Positions 28,810-38,664 of a DNA stretch of 64,000 nt are shown here, piece after piece. Source of the stretch: Bacteriovoracia bacterium (lineage in GTDB: Bacteria; Bdellovibrionota; UBA1018; CAIPTA01). Position 1 is the first letter of the stretch. Each line of letters starts with the position of its first letter. The position numbers and the translations under genes are program-made. Location of the stretch: positions 672,001 through 736,000 of the forward strand of contig JBFWVL010000001.1 of assembly GCA_050246755.1 (NCBI GenBank). Direction: 5' to 3'. The notes beneath the pieces are model-generated. The model saw only the letters and a list, made by a program, of their open reading frames with translations. It was not told the DNA's origin and made no database searches.

Positions 28810-29460
28810 CTATGAAGTTACGTTTTCGCTGTCGATAACTTTATGCTGGGCCGTGGCCTTCTCGCTCCTGCGCTTAGGCGTGGGCCGTACGAGAGGAACC
28901 ATGGCATCGAGCAGGCGCTCGATCTTAAAACGCTTGTTCTTCACGGTTTGTACGCCCGAAACCACGAATACCTGTGCGTTCTGGAGATTATTGAAGAGCA
29001 TGGCGTTCCTATAGGGAGGCTCATGCACCATGTCCATTTTGCCGAACTCCCCGGCCCAGTTAGAGCTCTTTGCGTAGTGGTCACCGGCGAAAAATAAAAT
29101 ACATTTACCTAAACCGGCGGCCTTCTCGATGGCGGGAACCCGCACCATGCTCTTAAAGAAGCGGCTGCGTTCGCCGCCATGCTTGGTTTTGATTTCCCCG
29201 CGCTGCGGAACGGCCACCATCACGAAATCACTCTTGCCGGCCTTAAAACTCTCGAAGGAATGCTTTGAGGCGTCCACTCCACTAGCGGATTTGCCCACGC
29301 CGCCGTTAATACCGCCGAGCTTTGGAATATAGCCGGTTATTCTTTTCAGCTTGAAGTTAGCGGGGTATTCCACCGGATTTTCGCCGGGGCGGCAGTCGTA
29401 GGCCAGGGCAGGAAAAGCGGCGAAAGACAAAAAAAGCAGGGTAATCAGGGGAGTGCGCAT
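28810..29460 (-). CDS. Secreted protein, putative 3D/double-psi beta-barrel domain
   Basis: Signal peptide; ITGY.P..GG, VMVAV, VRVPAIE, FAGDH, KMDM. Confidence 0.5.
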   Translation of the reverse strand: MRTPLITLLFLSFAAFPALAYDCRPGENPVEYPANFKLKRITGYIPKLGGINGGVGKSASGVDASKHSFESFKAGKSDFVMVAVPQRGEIKTKHGGERSRFFKSMVRVPAIEKAAGLGKCILFFAGDHYAKSSNWAGEFGKMDMVHEPPYRNAMLFNNLQNAQVFVVSGVQTVKNKRFKIERLLDAMVPLVRPTPKRRSEKATAQHKVIDSENVTS

Positions 29461-29525
29461 AGAGTATTCCTTTCGGAAAGAGTTCACTTACCCCTCTATC
29501 GTCGCATGAATCGAAAAAATTCAAC

Positions 29526-30662
29526 TCAGGAAATTCCCTGTCTCTCGCCGGAGACATCCCCTAAATCGTGTACGGCCAGCAGCCATCCGAGGGCGAGAGG
29601 AGCGATATGTAGGGTGAAATTGCCGAAAGCATTTACGGAGAGAGCGGTAAATGCCAATAAAGCCGAAAGGCGCGCTGGATCCTTCCACGATCGCTGGATA
29701 CCAGTGAACACCCGCGCCAGTAATGGGCTTAAAATGGCCAATCCGAAGAATCCCGTCTCGTATACCCACTGCAAAAGCTCATTATGTGCCTGGAGAAAAC
29801 GTCCTCCCGCGAAGCCTTGGTGATAGCGTGAAAAAAGGGAGCTGAAGGAGAGCAGCCCATAGCCGAGGACGGGCCTTTCGCTGATGGCCGAAAGCGTTTG
29901 CCCCCAAATGAAAAATCGCCCGTTTTCGAAGAAAAAACTTTCGGGCGAGGCCGTGCTTACCGCAAATAGCAACGCGGCCGCACCCAGCGCATAGGCCAGA
30001 AAAAGCGAGCGCCGCCAAGATGTTTTAACGAACGCCCACACTGCCAACACGGCGCAGAGGGATGCGAAGGAAAAAGCGGAAGAGGAAATACATACACAAA
30101 CTGCGGCCACGAAAAAAAGTTTCCACTCGCGGCGCCCGAGGTGCCAGGCCGCCATCATCGCCATCCAGGCGCCGAAAATCGTGTGGTGGCCGAGAAAACC
30201 AGACGGAGAGCCGATATAGGCTGGGTCTTTCAGGCCGAAGACGGGGTCGAGCTGGGCCACCTGCAGGAAGGCGAAGGCGGCGTTGAGGAGGGTGAGCGAA
30301 GCCCCCAGCCAAAGCAGGGATTGCTTCCCCTCCCCTCGCATCCAAGCCCGGAGGCTCCGCGTGGCGATCCAGAGAAGAAGAAAACCAAAAACAAAAGCCA
30401 TCGCGGCCCATCCATTGGGGCGCAAACAGGCATGCAGGAAAATTCCGCAGAAAAAAATCAGGGCGAGATAATCGTGAGCGAGAGAGCGAACGCTTGCCGC
30501 AGCGAGGCGGAAATTGGCTAGTAATAGAACCGCGCTCGAGGCCAATAGCCAAATCCACTTGGGCTCACGGATCTCATCGCCCACGCCGGGAAAAACCGCA
30601 AAGCTAGCGCCCAACAGAAGGCCAATGGCGGCAATAGAAAAAAATGAAATTCTTTGGCTCAA
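29526..30662 (-). CDS. O-antigen ligase / O-oligosaccharyltransferase family (Wzy_C)
   Basis: Polytopic; GRFFIW, PVLGYG, AHNELLQWVYETGFFG. Confidence 0.85.
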   Translation of the reverse strand: MSQRISFFSIAAIGLLLGASFAVFPGVGDEIREPKWIWLLASSAVLLLANFRLAAASVRSLAHDYLALIFFCGIFLHACLRPNGWAAMAFVFGFLLLWIATRSLRAWMRGEGKQSLLWLGASLTLLNAAFAFLQVAQLDPVFGLKDPAYIGSPSGFLGHHTIFGAWMAMMAAWHLGRREWKLFFVAAVCVCISSSAFSFASLCAVLAVWAFVKTSWRRSLFLAYALGAAALLFAVSTASPESFFFENGRFFIWGQTLSAISERPVLGYGLLSFSSLFSRYHQGFAGGRFLQAHNELLQWVYETGFFGLAILSPLLARVFTGIQRSWKDPARLSALLAFTALSVNAFGNFTLHIAPLALGWLLAVHDLGDVSGERQGIS

Positions 30663-31561
30663 AAGTTTTTAAATAATTTTAGGTAGGTTTTCGTGTCCGT
30701 ACCGGGCGAGCTCACGTAAACATTGGAGGAGGTCGCCACGTTATAGTATTGGCTCAGCCCATCGGTGAGATCATATTGCGCCACCGGGGCGCCGCTGCAG
30801 GAGGGACTTCCATAGATAACGATTCCGATGGGAGGGCTCACTCCCAGGCCATTATTTGCGGGGCCCACGGGAATCCTAATCGAAGTATCCGCGCTGGCTC
30901 CGCTTAGGCTCGCGCAGCTGGTAGTGAGGGATTGGTTGGCGATGAACATGGGTAATCCAGGCTGCTTTTCGCCCGCGAATACCCGGATCTTCACGCCGTA
31001 GCTGCTGCTTGTGACGGGCGTGCAGGAGGAAGGATTATTCTCGCAGATCGAAACATGCAGCGTGTCGAAGTCGGTTGCGCTACCGGACTGGTAGCGCGAA
31101 GCCTCCACATTGGAGAACGCGCTGTCGTTACCGAAACTGCAATTCGCTTCGGTAAGGTCCAGCATCACGGTTACATTCGTTCCCGTTAAATTTACGTCGG
31201 CGCCGCCATTGCCAAAGGCGCATCTCGTTTGCCCATTCATCACTCCGCTCGAGCCATCGTTGCTGAACGCGTATACTTTGAAGCTACCGTTCGGCACCAC
31301 AAGGGTCTGCCCCATCGCCTCCGCTTCGCTGGGAAAAGCGAAGGCATTGCCACCACTATTAGAGATACCGTTGCGGGCAAAATAAACCATCAATCCGCCA
31401 TTTTGCGATGCGGACATCTGCATTCCAGGATGGCTGGATTTGAATTGTACGCGGGTATAGTCGTTTTTTAGGCGGCCGAACCTATCGTTCATGCGGCCGC
31501 AAGCCATCACCAGCAGAAATAGCGATAAAAAGACGGCGATCGAAGCGGCGCTTTGTTTCAT
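30659..31561 (-). CDS. Ser/Thr/Gly-rich surface lipoprotein
   Basis: Lipobox VMAC, several Cys, GAGG RBS. Confidence 0.75.
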   Translation of the reverse strand: MKQSAASIAVFLSLFLLVMACGRMNDRFGRLKNDYTRVQFKSSHPGMQMSASQNGGLMVYFARNGISNSGGNAFAFPSEAEAMGQTLVVPNGSFKVYAFSNDGSSGVMNGQTRCAFGNGGADVNLTGTNVTVMLDLTEANCSFGNDSAFSNVEASRYQSGSATDFDTLHVSICENNPSSCTPVTSSSYGVKIRVFAGEKQPGLPMFIANQSLTTSCASLSGASADTSIRIPVGPANNGLGVSPPIGIVIYGSPSCSGAPVAQYDLTDGLSQYYNVATSSNVYVSSPGTDTKTYLKLFKNF

Positions 31562-31624
31562 AACCTCAATAGGCTAAACGAAATCGCCGTTTTTCGGTAA
31601 CGGTTTTCCTGCCTCAGAAGCGAT

Positions 31625-34156
31625 CTATAGCAGGCTAAGCGTATTGCTAAGCGGCAGATCCCGTGAGGAAGAGCCTACGCGCACTTCGAACTGGCCGGCA
31701 TCCACGCGCCAGTCGTGCGTGCCTACGTCGTAGTACGCGAAGGAACGGGCCTCAAGCTTGAGCTTGATACGGCGGGTCTCCCCTGGCTGCAGCTCCACGC
31801 GCTCGAAGCCCTTCAGTTCCTGGAAGGGCCGATCGATACGGGGATTCAGCGCCCGCACGAAGAGCTGGGCCACTTCAGCGCCGGCCCGCTTACCACTATT
31901 GGTCAGATCGAATTCTACTTCCACTTGCGGGCTGGACGCCTTCGCGTCAAGCAGGTTCACGGAGAGGTTCGAGTAACTAAAAGTGGTATAGGAAAGACCG
32001 AACCCGAAGGGAAACAAGGGCTCCACTTTATGCGTATCGAAGTGGCGGTAGCCCACGTAAATGCCTTCCCCGTAGGTAACTTGGTCGGGGTTGCCGTGGT
32101 CTTCGGGATAGTGCCCGAACGCCGAAGCGTCTTCCCAACGCTTGGGAAAGGAAACGGGAAGCTTTCCGGAGAAATTTGTTTTGCCGCGGAGGGCGTCCAC
32201 GATGGCTTGCGAACCTTCTTGGCCGGGGTACCAGGCATGCACCACGGCCTTTACTTCGCCAAGCCAAGGCATCAGCACGGGATTTCCGCCGGTGATTACC
32301 ACGATGGTATTCGGATTAGCTTTAGCCACGGCGCGGATGAGATCATCCTGGCCTTCCGGCAGGCTCATGCTTTCCAGGTCGATAGTTTCACCTTCGTAGT
32401 GGCGCGAGAGGCCGGCGAAGAAAATGGCTACGTCGGAATCCTTGGCGAGACGCACGGCTTCGCGAGGCCCATCGTGATTTTCGGGAGCAAAACCCAACCC
32501 CACGATCGCGGAGTCACGGTTGTCGTAGTACTCAAGGCGGATTTTATAGCTTTTTCCCGCTTCGAGGCGGTAGGGCACGTAATCATTTTGGGCGCCGTGA
32601 TCGGTCCAGTTATCGAGCACCAGCTTATCGTTGATGAAAAGGCGTACGCCGTCGTCGGAACGAACTACGAAGCGGAAGTTTCCGCTATCTTTGGCATTAA
32701 GGTAACCGGTCCATCGCACGGCGAATTTATCGAGCGGCATTCCGTTTCCGGCCGGGTTCCAGCCCCAGTCGAAATTGATGGTGGAATCAACGCGGGTGAA
32801 AACAGGTTTCCCCTTAAATTCCAAGTTGTCGAAATATTCGCCCTTCACGCCGCGCTGGCGCGAATGCGGAGCGAGGCTCCAGAGTTCGCGGGGAACAGCA
32901 TCAAAATCTCCCCGCATGCTTACGCCGCTCTCTTGACGGATTTGCACGTCGGGCATGGCGGCCCGGAAAGCATCCAGCGGCGATAGCTCCTGCGTAGGAT
33001 TCACCATCGAGGAACCGCCCCCGGCGATCCGCGAATGAATAGAACCGGGACCGAGCAAAGCGATTTTCTTCACGCGGCCGGGCTGAAGCGGAAGCACGGG
33101 AATACCGCGTGAACTGGGCTCGTTCTTCAGAAGGACTAAGCTCTGCGCGGCGGCTCTGCGCGCCACGGCCAGATGTTCGGCGCTGCCCACCATTTTGGGA
33201 TCCGGGCGGCCGCGCGTGCCGTCGAATAAACCAGAGGCAAAGATCCCGCGCAAAATGCGGGCCACTTTATCGTTGATCAGCGTTTCGCTTACTTCCCCGT
33301 TCTGCACCGCCTCGAGCAATTTTCCGTCGAAGAAAAGCGCCGTAGGCATTTCGAGATCAAGGCCCGCATTGGCCGCTTTAGCGGTGCTATAAACGGATTC
33401 CCAGTCGGAAACCACGAAGCCCTTGAATCCCCATTTTTCTTTGAGAAGATCGGTGAGCAATTCCTTGTTCTCGGAAGCGTGATGGCCATTCACGAGGTTA
33501 TACGAAGACATCACCGAATACGTGCCGGCATCCACCGCGGTCTGGAACGCGGGCAGATGGATCTCCTGCATGGTGCGCTCGTCGGCGATCACATTGATCG
33601 AATAACGCTTGTGCTCCTGATCGTTGAGCGCGAAGTGTTTGGTGCTAGCCATCACGCCTTCGGCTTGGAGACGGCGCACGTACGTATCCGCGAAACGGGA
33701 AGTTAAGTAAGGATCTTCGCCAAAACTTTCGAAATTGCGTCCGCCGAAAGGATTGCGGCTGATATTGATGCAGGGGCCGAGCAGCATGTCGCGGTTCAAT
33801 GCCCTGGTCTCCACGCCCATAGCCTGCGCCATATCGCCCATCAACGTAGGATTAAAAGTAGCGGCGAGGGAAATAGCGGACGGGAACGCCGTGGCCTGCC
33901 CCATGCGCACCCCGAGCGGCCCGTCGGTCATCTGAATCGAAGGAATGCCGAGACGAGGAATCGGATGCGTTGCGAAGGCACTTTGGTCCCCACCCAGCAT
34001 GGTTACTTTTTCTTCCAGCGTCATCCGGGCAATCAAATCTTGGATTCTGGACTCAATTGGAGCCTGCGTTCTCTTATATAGAGGCGACGAGTGCGCGGCG
34101 TTAGAGGCCGCAAAAAGCATGAAACAAGCGCAACCGATAGCGATCATAGTTCGCAT
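31625..34156 (-). CDS. Secreted GH3 beta-glucosidase with PA14 insert and FnIII domain
   Basis: DGP.G, GRNFESFGEDP, KHF, SDW nucleophile, PA14 SDDG motif, WYPGQEG, PFGFGLSYT. Confidence 0.93.
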   Translation of the reverse strand: MRTMIAIGCACFMLFAASNAAHSSPLYKRTQAPIESRIQDLIARMTLEEKVTMLGGDQSAFATHPIPRLGIPSIQMTDGPLGVRMGQATAFPSAISLAATFNPTLMGDMAQAMGVETRALNRDMLLGPCINISRNPFGGRNFESFGEDPYLTSRFADTYVRRLQAEGVMASTKHFALNDQEHKRYSINVIADERTMQEIHLPAFQTAVDAGTYSVMSSYNLVNGHHASENKELLTDLLKEKWGFKGFVVSDWESVYSTAKAANAGLDLEMPTALFFDGKLLEAVQNGEVSETLINDKVARILRGIFASGLFDGTRGRPDPKMVGSAEHLAVARRAAAQSLVLLKNEPSSRGIPVLPLQPGRVKKIALLGPGSIHSRIAGGGSSMVNPTQELSPLDAFRAAMPDVQIRQESGVSMRGDFDAVPRELWSLAPHSRQRGVKGEYFDNLEFKGKPVFTRVDSTINFDWGWNPAGNGMPLDKFAVRWTGYLNAKDSGNFRFVVRSDDGVRLFINDKLVLDNWTDHGAQNDYVPYRLEAGKSYKIRLEYYDNRDSAIVGLGFAPENHDGPREAVRLAKDSDVAIFFAGLSRHYEGETIDLESMSLPEGQDDLIRAVAKANPNTIVVITGGNPVLMPWLGEVKAVVHAWYPGQEGSQAIVDALRGKTNFSGKLPVSFPKRWEDASAFGHYPEDHGNPDQVTYGEGIYVGYRHFDTHKVEPLFPFGFGLSYTTFSYSNLSVNLLDAKASSPQVEVEFDLTNSGKRAGAEVAQLFVRALNPRIDRPFQELKGFERVELQPGETRRIKLKLEARSFAYYDVGTHDWRVDAGQFEVRVGSSSRDLPLSNTLSLL

Positions 34157-34323
34157 TATAATTCCCCTCAGAATCTTAAGCGAACTGAGTAGACCGAATC
34201 TTATTCGCACTGACAAGGCAAAAGTGACACAAGGGGAATGCCATGGCGCGTTGCACGCGGTCGCAAGCCTTGACCCTCACTCTCTTCCTCGATAGATAGA
34301 TGGCTACTATTGGGAGATCTCAT

Positions 34324-35307
34324 ATGAAAAATTTAGCCATCATTCTCGCTCTTTGCCTCCTTTCGGCACCGGCGCTCGCCGCGGATAAAATCAAGATAGG
34401 CTTCGTACTCTCCACGATGCAGGAAGAGCGCTACCAAAAAGACCAAAAGTTTTTCTCCGAAGAAGCGAAAAAACTGGGTTTCGAGCCCGTGATGGTTTCG
34501 GCCGACAATAATTCCCAGACCCAAACCGCCAAGGTGGAAAACCTTCTTTCGATGGGCGTAAAAGCACTCGTGATTCAGCCGGTGAATTCCCAGGCTGCCG
34601 CCAACCTCGTGAAGCTCGCGCATGAAGATAAAGTTCCGGTGGTGGCCTACGACCGTATGATCACGGATTCTCCGGTGGACTTCTACGTAACCCAGGATTC
34701 CTTCCAGGTGGGCGTACTGCAGGCCGAAGCCGCCGTGAAAGCCACGGGCGGAAAAGGAAATTACGTGATCCTCATGGGCCAGGCCGGGCATTCGGTGGCC
34801 AATGAAATCACCCGCGGGGTGAAATCGGTGCTCGCGAAATACCCGGGCATAAAAATCGTGGTGGAGCGCAGCCACGAAAATTGGAGTTCGGCCCTCGCGA
34901 TGACCACCGTGGAAAACGCCCTCACCCAATATAAAAATAAAATCGACGCCGTAATCGCCAATAATTCGGGGATGGCACAAGGCGCGGTGCAGGCCGTGGC
35001 GGAGCAAGGCCTCTCCGGCAAAGTATTCATCGCCGGCGCCGACGCCGATCTCGTATCGATTAAGAATATCATCGCCGGCAAGCAGCAGTTCGAGGTGCTC
35101 AAAGATATCGCCCCCCTCGCGAAAACCTCCGCGCAGGTGGCCTTCGATCTCGCCACCGGCAAAAAGCCGAAAGCCACCACCACCACGAAGAGCGGAAAAT
35201 ACGAGGTGCCCACCGCGGCCACTCCCGTGTACGCGATCCAAAAAGATAATCTGGAAGAGCGTATTTTCAAGACGGGCTTCCATTCCAAAAAATCCGTAGC
35301 GAACTAG
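34324..35307 (+). CDS. xylF: Sugar ABC transporter substrate-binding protein, XylF-like
   Basis: EERYQKD, VVAYDR, GADAD; signal peptide. Confidence 0.8.
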   Translation: MKNLAIILALCLLSAPALAADKIKIGFVLSTMQEERYQKDQKFFSEEAKKLGFEPVMVSADNNSQTQTAKVENLLSMGVKALVIQPVNSQAAANLVKLAHEDKVPVVAYDRMITDSPVDFYVTQDSFQVGVLQAEAAVKATGGKGNYVILMGQAGHSVANEITRGVKSVLAKYPGIKIVVERSHENWSSALAMTTVENALTQYKNKIDAVIANNSGMAQGAVQAVAEQGLSGKVFIAGADADLVSIKNIIAGKQQFEVLKDIAPLAKTSAQVAFDLATGKKPKATTTTKSGKYEVPTAATPVYAIQKDNLEERIFKTGFHSKKSVAN

Positions 35308-35314
35308 ACGAACC

Positions 35315-36844
35315 GTGGAACTAATCCGGCTCGAAAAAATCACCAAGACATTCCCGGGCGTGCGTGCGCTCGAGGATGTTTCGCTTTCCATCAACGGCGG
35401 CGAAGTGCTGGCGCTCGTGGGGGAAAACGGAGCCGGTAAATCCACGCTGATGAAAGTGCTGAGCGGAAACTACCCGCAGGGAACCTTCACCGGAAAAATA
35501 TTACTCGAAGGAAAGGAAGTTTCCTTCCACTCCCCCGCCGATGCCGAAAAATGCGGGATCGCCATCATTCATCAGGAACTTTCGTCCTTTCTTCACCTCA
35601 CGGTGGCCGAAAATCTTTTCGTGGGACACTGGCCCAGCAAAATGGGCGTGGTCGATTGGGACTCGCTCCGGGAACAGGCGCAAAAATGGCTCGATCTCGT
35701 GGGCGTTCCCTGCCACGTAGACGACCGCATGTGGGATCTCAGCGTGGGCACCCAGCAGATGATCGAGATCGCCAAGGCCCTCGCCCGTAATTCCCGCGTG
35801 CTCATTCTCGACGAGCCCACTTCCGCGCTCAGCACCCAGGAAGTAGAAAGGCTCTTCAATCTACTCAAGCGCCTGCGCTCCGAAGGCAAAGGCCTCGTGT
35901 ATATCAGCCATAAGATGGAAGAGATTTACCAGCTCTGTGACCGCATCACCGTTCTGCGCGACGGGCAAACCGTGCATACCGCCTCCACCAAAGAACTGCC
36001 CGAAGAACAGCTCGTTTCGAAAATGGTGGGCCGCCCCCTGAACCGGCTTTTCCCCGAGGCACCCGAGAGAACTTTGGGCGAGGAAGTGCTGAAGCTGGAA
36101 GATTTCTCCGGCTTCAATTCCATGGGAAAGCATTTATTCGGTCCTGTTTCGCTTTCCCTGCGCAAAGGCGAGATCGTGGGTTTTGCCGGCCTCCTCGGCG
36201 CGGGCCGCACCGAATTGCTTCAGGCCATCTACGGCGATTCCAATACTCATACCACCGGGAGCCTCACCGTCAACGGATCCGCCGTAGCCCTCGGCAGCCC
36301 CCGCGAAGCTCTTTGGCGCAAGCTCGCCTTCGTGGCCGAGGATCGCAAGCGCGACAGCATCTTGCCCGCCCGCTCCCTCGAAGAAAACGTTTCGCTGGCC
36401 CGCCTAGCTTCCGGATCGCTGGCTCGCTGGCTCGATAATTCCGCCGAAGAAAAACGCGCCGATGAATCCCTCAAGCGTTTTGCCACCAAAACCACCGACG
36501 CCCACCAGCTCATCCAGAATCTTTCGGGCGGGAATCAGCAAAAAGTGATCCTCGGCCGCGCCCTGCAAACCTCTCCGGGCATCATCCTGCTCGACGAGCC
36601 TACCCGCGGCGTAGACGTGGGCGCGAAATTTGAAATTTACGAAATTCTCTTCAAGCTCGCCGCCGCCGGCCACGCCCTACTCGTGGTGAGCTCCGATTTG
36701 CTGGAGCTTATGGCCCTCTCCGACCGCATCGTGGTGCTCAGCCAAGGCATCCCGACCGGTGAATTACCTAGAGCCGAATTTTCCCAGACCGAAATCATGA
36801 GACGCGCTATCCAAAAAGTGCCCGCGAAGGAAGTTTCCGCATGA
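35315..36844 (+). CDS. xylG: Sugar ABC transporter ATPase, XylG-like
   Basis: GENGAGKST, LDEPT x2, LSGGNQQKV. Confidence 0.85.
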   Translation: MELIRLEKITKTFPGVRALEDVSLSINGGEVLALVGENGAGKSTLMKVLSGNYPQGTFTGKILLEGKEVSFHSPADAEKCGIAIIHQELSSFLHLTVAENLFVGHWPSKMGVVDWDSLREQAQKWLDLVGVPCHVDDRMWDLSVGTQQMIEIAKALARNSRVLILDEPTSALSTQEVERLFNLLKRLRSEGKGLVYISHKMEEIYQLCDRITVLRDGQTVHTASTKELPEEQLVSKMVGRPLNRLFPEAPERTLGEEVLKLEDFSGFNSMGKHLFGPVSLSLRKGEIVGFAGLLGAGRTELLQAIYGDSNTHTTGSLTVNGSAVALGSPREALWRKLAFVAEDRKRDSILPARSLEENVSLARLASGSLARWLDNSAEEKRADESLKRFATKTTDAHQLIQNLSGGNQQKVILGRALQTSPGIILLDEPTRGVDVGAKFEIYEILFKLAAAGHALLVVSSDLLELMALSDRIVVLSQGIPTGELPRAEFSQTEIMRRAIQKVPAKEVSA

Positions 36845-37926
36845 AGATCAAAGATTTTTTCAGCCGCAACGGAGTATGGATCGGCTTCTTCCTGCTCGTG
36901 ATCGTAATCTCCGCGCTTACCGGCGGCGGCTTTCTCCAGCCGCGTAACCTTACCAACCTTCTCCGCCAAACCTCCATCAACGGTATCCTCGCCGCGGGCA
37001 TGACCCTCGTGATTCTGCTCGGCGGAATCGACCTCTCGATCGGCAGCCTCGTGGCCCTCGCCGGCGTGGCCGTGGGCGTTTCGCAAATCAACTGGGGCTG
37101 GAACGAAGGCCTGAACGGCGCGCTCTTTTCCTTTTTGCTTTCCCTCGGCGTGGGCCTTTCCGCCGGCGTGATCACCGGCGGCCTCGTTTCTATCCTCCGC
37201 ATCGCCCCCTTCGTGATCACCCTCGGCATGATGGTGATCGCCCGTGGCCTCGCGCTCATCTTCTCCAACGGCGCCAGCATCTCGCCCATGGGGGAAAATC
37301 TCGCCCCCCTCGCCGATGCCTACCTCTCGATTCCGCTCACGGGAGCCGCCGTCGCTATTTTTATGGCCGTATTCCTCTACCGCCAGCGCCGCAATCTGGT
37401 GAACGCGATCTTCCCCATCCTCACCTTCTGCTTCCTCGCCTATTCTTTTATTTCCTACAAAGGCCTACCGATGCTCGTGGTTTTCCTCGGGCTCGTACTA
37501 GGCGCGATCTCCTTCGTACTCGGCCAGACCACCTTTGGCCGCTCCGTGTACGCCATTGGTTCCAGCGAGCGTGCCGCCTACTGGGCCGGCGTACCGGTGC
37601 GCCGGGTGATTTGGATCGTGTACGCGATCATGGGATTGCTCGCGGGCCTCGCGGGCATGCTGCTCACTGTGCGCCTGAACGGCGCAGATCCGAACGCGGG
37701 TCAGTTATTTGAGTTGGATGCGATTGCGGCCGTGGTGATCGGCGGCACCAGCCTCAAGGGCGGCGTGGGCACGATCATGGGTAGCTTCATCGGCGCCCTC
37801 ACGATCGCGACTCTCAATAATGGAATGGATTTGCTCGGCGTGCCGAGCTTCTACCAGATGGTATTCAAGGGCTTGATCATCGTGATCGCCGTGGCGCTCG
37901 ATCGCACGCAGCGCCAGACGGCGTAG
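36841..37926 (+). CDS. xylH: Sugar ABC transporter permease, XylH-like
   Basis: GGIDLSIGS, ELDAIAAVVIGGTSL.GG. Confidence 0.85.
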   Translation: MKIKDFFSRNGVWIGFFLLVIVISALTGGGFLQPRNLTNLLRQTSINGILAAGMTLVILLGGIDLSIGSLVALAGVAVGVSQINWGWNEGLNGALFSFLLSLGVGLSAGVITGGLVSILRIAPFVITLGMMVIARGLALIFSNGASISPMGENLAPLADAYLSIPLTGAAVAIFMAVFLYRQRRNLVNAIFPILTFCFLAYSFISYKGLPMLVVFLGLVLGAISFVLGQTTFGRSVYAIGSSERAAYWAGVPVRRVIWIVYAIMGLLAGLAGMLLTVRLNGADPNAGQLFELDAIAAVVIGGTSLKGGVGTIMGSFIGALTIATLNNGMDLLGVPSFYQMVFKGLIIVIAVALDRTQRQTA

Positions 37927-37934
37927 TCTAAAAC

Positions 37935-38258
37935 TTACTCGCTGATGGGAGGATGCACGCGAGATTTCTCGGCGTCGATCGCTTCGCGCTCTCGGGCGAT
38001 TCTGCCCTCTTCGATCAGCGCGTCGCGTTTCACGGCGTATTCTTCTTCGTCGCGCTCCATCTTCTCGGGCAGGTTGGAAACCAATTCATCGGCCAAAGTT
38101 TCCCGAACGTCTTCGGCCACCACTTTTCCATCGCATACCACCTGGTAGAGGCCGCGGCCGGCATGGTAACCGGCGGCGTATTTAACGCAGTCGGCGGCGT
38201 GCGCCTGGGAAATAAATCCGGTGAGGAAGAGAGCGGAAAGCATGATTACATTTTTCAT
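37935..38258 (-). CDS. Small secreted hypothetical protein
   Basis: Signal peptide AHA, GGAG RBS. Confidence 0.65.
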   Translation of the reverse strand: MKNVIMLSALFLTGFISQAHAADCVKYAAGYHAGRGLYQVVCDGKVVAEDVRETLADELVSNLPEKMERDEEEYAVKRDALIEEGRIAREREAIDAEKSRVHPPISE

Positions 38259-38278
38259 GGAGTACTCCGTTTTAAAAA

Positions 38279-38557
38279 TTAGAGCGGGGAATCGATGGAA
38301 TCGTCGTTAGCTGTATTTTCGGAAGGCGATACGTAACCGACTACGGGCTCTTTGGCGGTGGGCTTTTCCTCGGCATTGGCCGGAGCTTCTTTCTGCCACC
38401 AACTAAAATTATAGAGCTGAGGGGCGCTTGCGCTTTCGGTGCAGTAGACGCCGCTATAGCCGAATCCCGAGCCACCCGCGGAAACGCATTCGGCGTGGGC
38501 GCTGGTAACGAAAAAAAATGGGGCCAAAATCAACAGGGCGAAAATTGGAGTTTTCAT
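38279..38557 (-). CDS. Small secreted hypothetical protein
   Basis: Signal peptide AHA, Cys pair. Confidence 0.65.
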   Translation of the reverse strand: MKTPIFALLILAPFFFVTSAHAECVSAGGSGFGYSGVYCTESASAPQLYNFSWWQKEAPANAEEKPTAKEPVVGYVSPSENTANDDSIDSPL

Positions 38558-38568
38558 GCCTAGACGGA

Positions 38569-38585
38569 TGCTAGGCCTATGCCCG
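38569..38585 (-). promoter_or_regulatory. Sigma54-like promoter
   Basis: GG-CATAGGCCTA-GC spacing; IHF-like GATCAAGCACTTA at 38589-38601; enhancer-like sites at 38609 and 38628. Confidence 0.6.
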
Positions 38586-38664
38586 GGCTAAGTGCTTGAT
38601 CGGATGAATGTCTTGGCGGAGACAGGGTGCCCAGGGTTTAGACGGAAAAGGTCAGAATCTACAG

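Noticed and set aside
34228-34258. Sigma54-like strings between the GH3 gene and xylF (TGGCATTCCCCTTGT on -, TGGCGCGTTGCACGC on +)
   Set aside because: Each has a poor -12 element and no enhancer motif nearby
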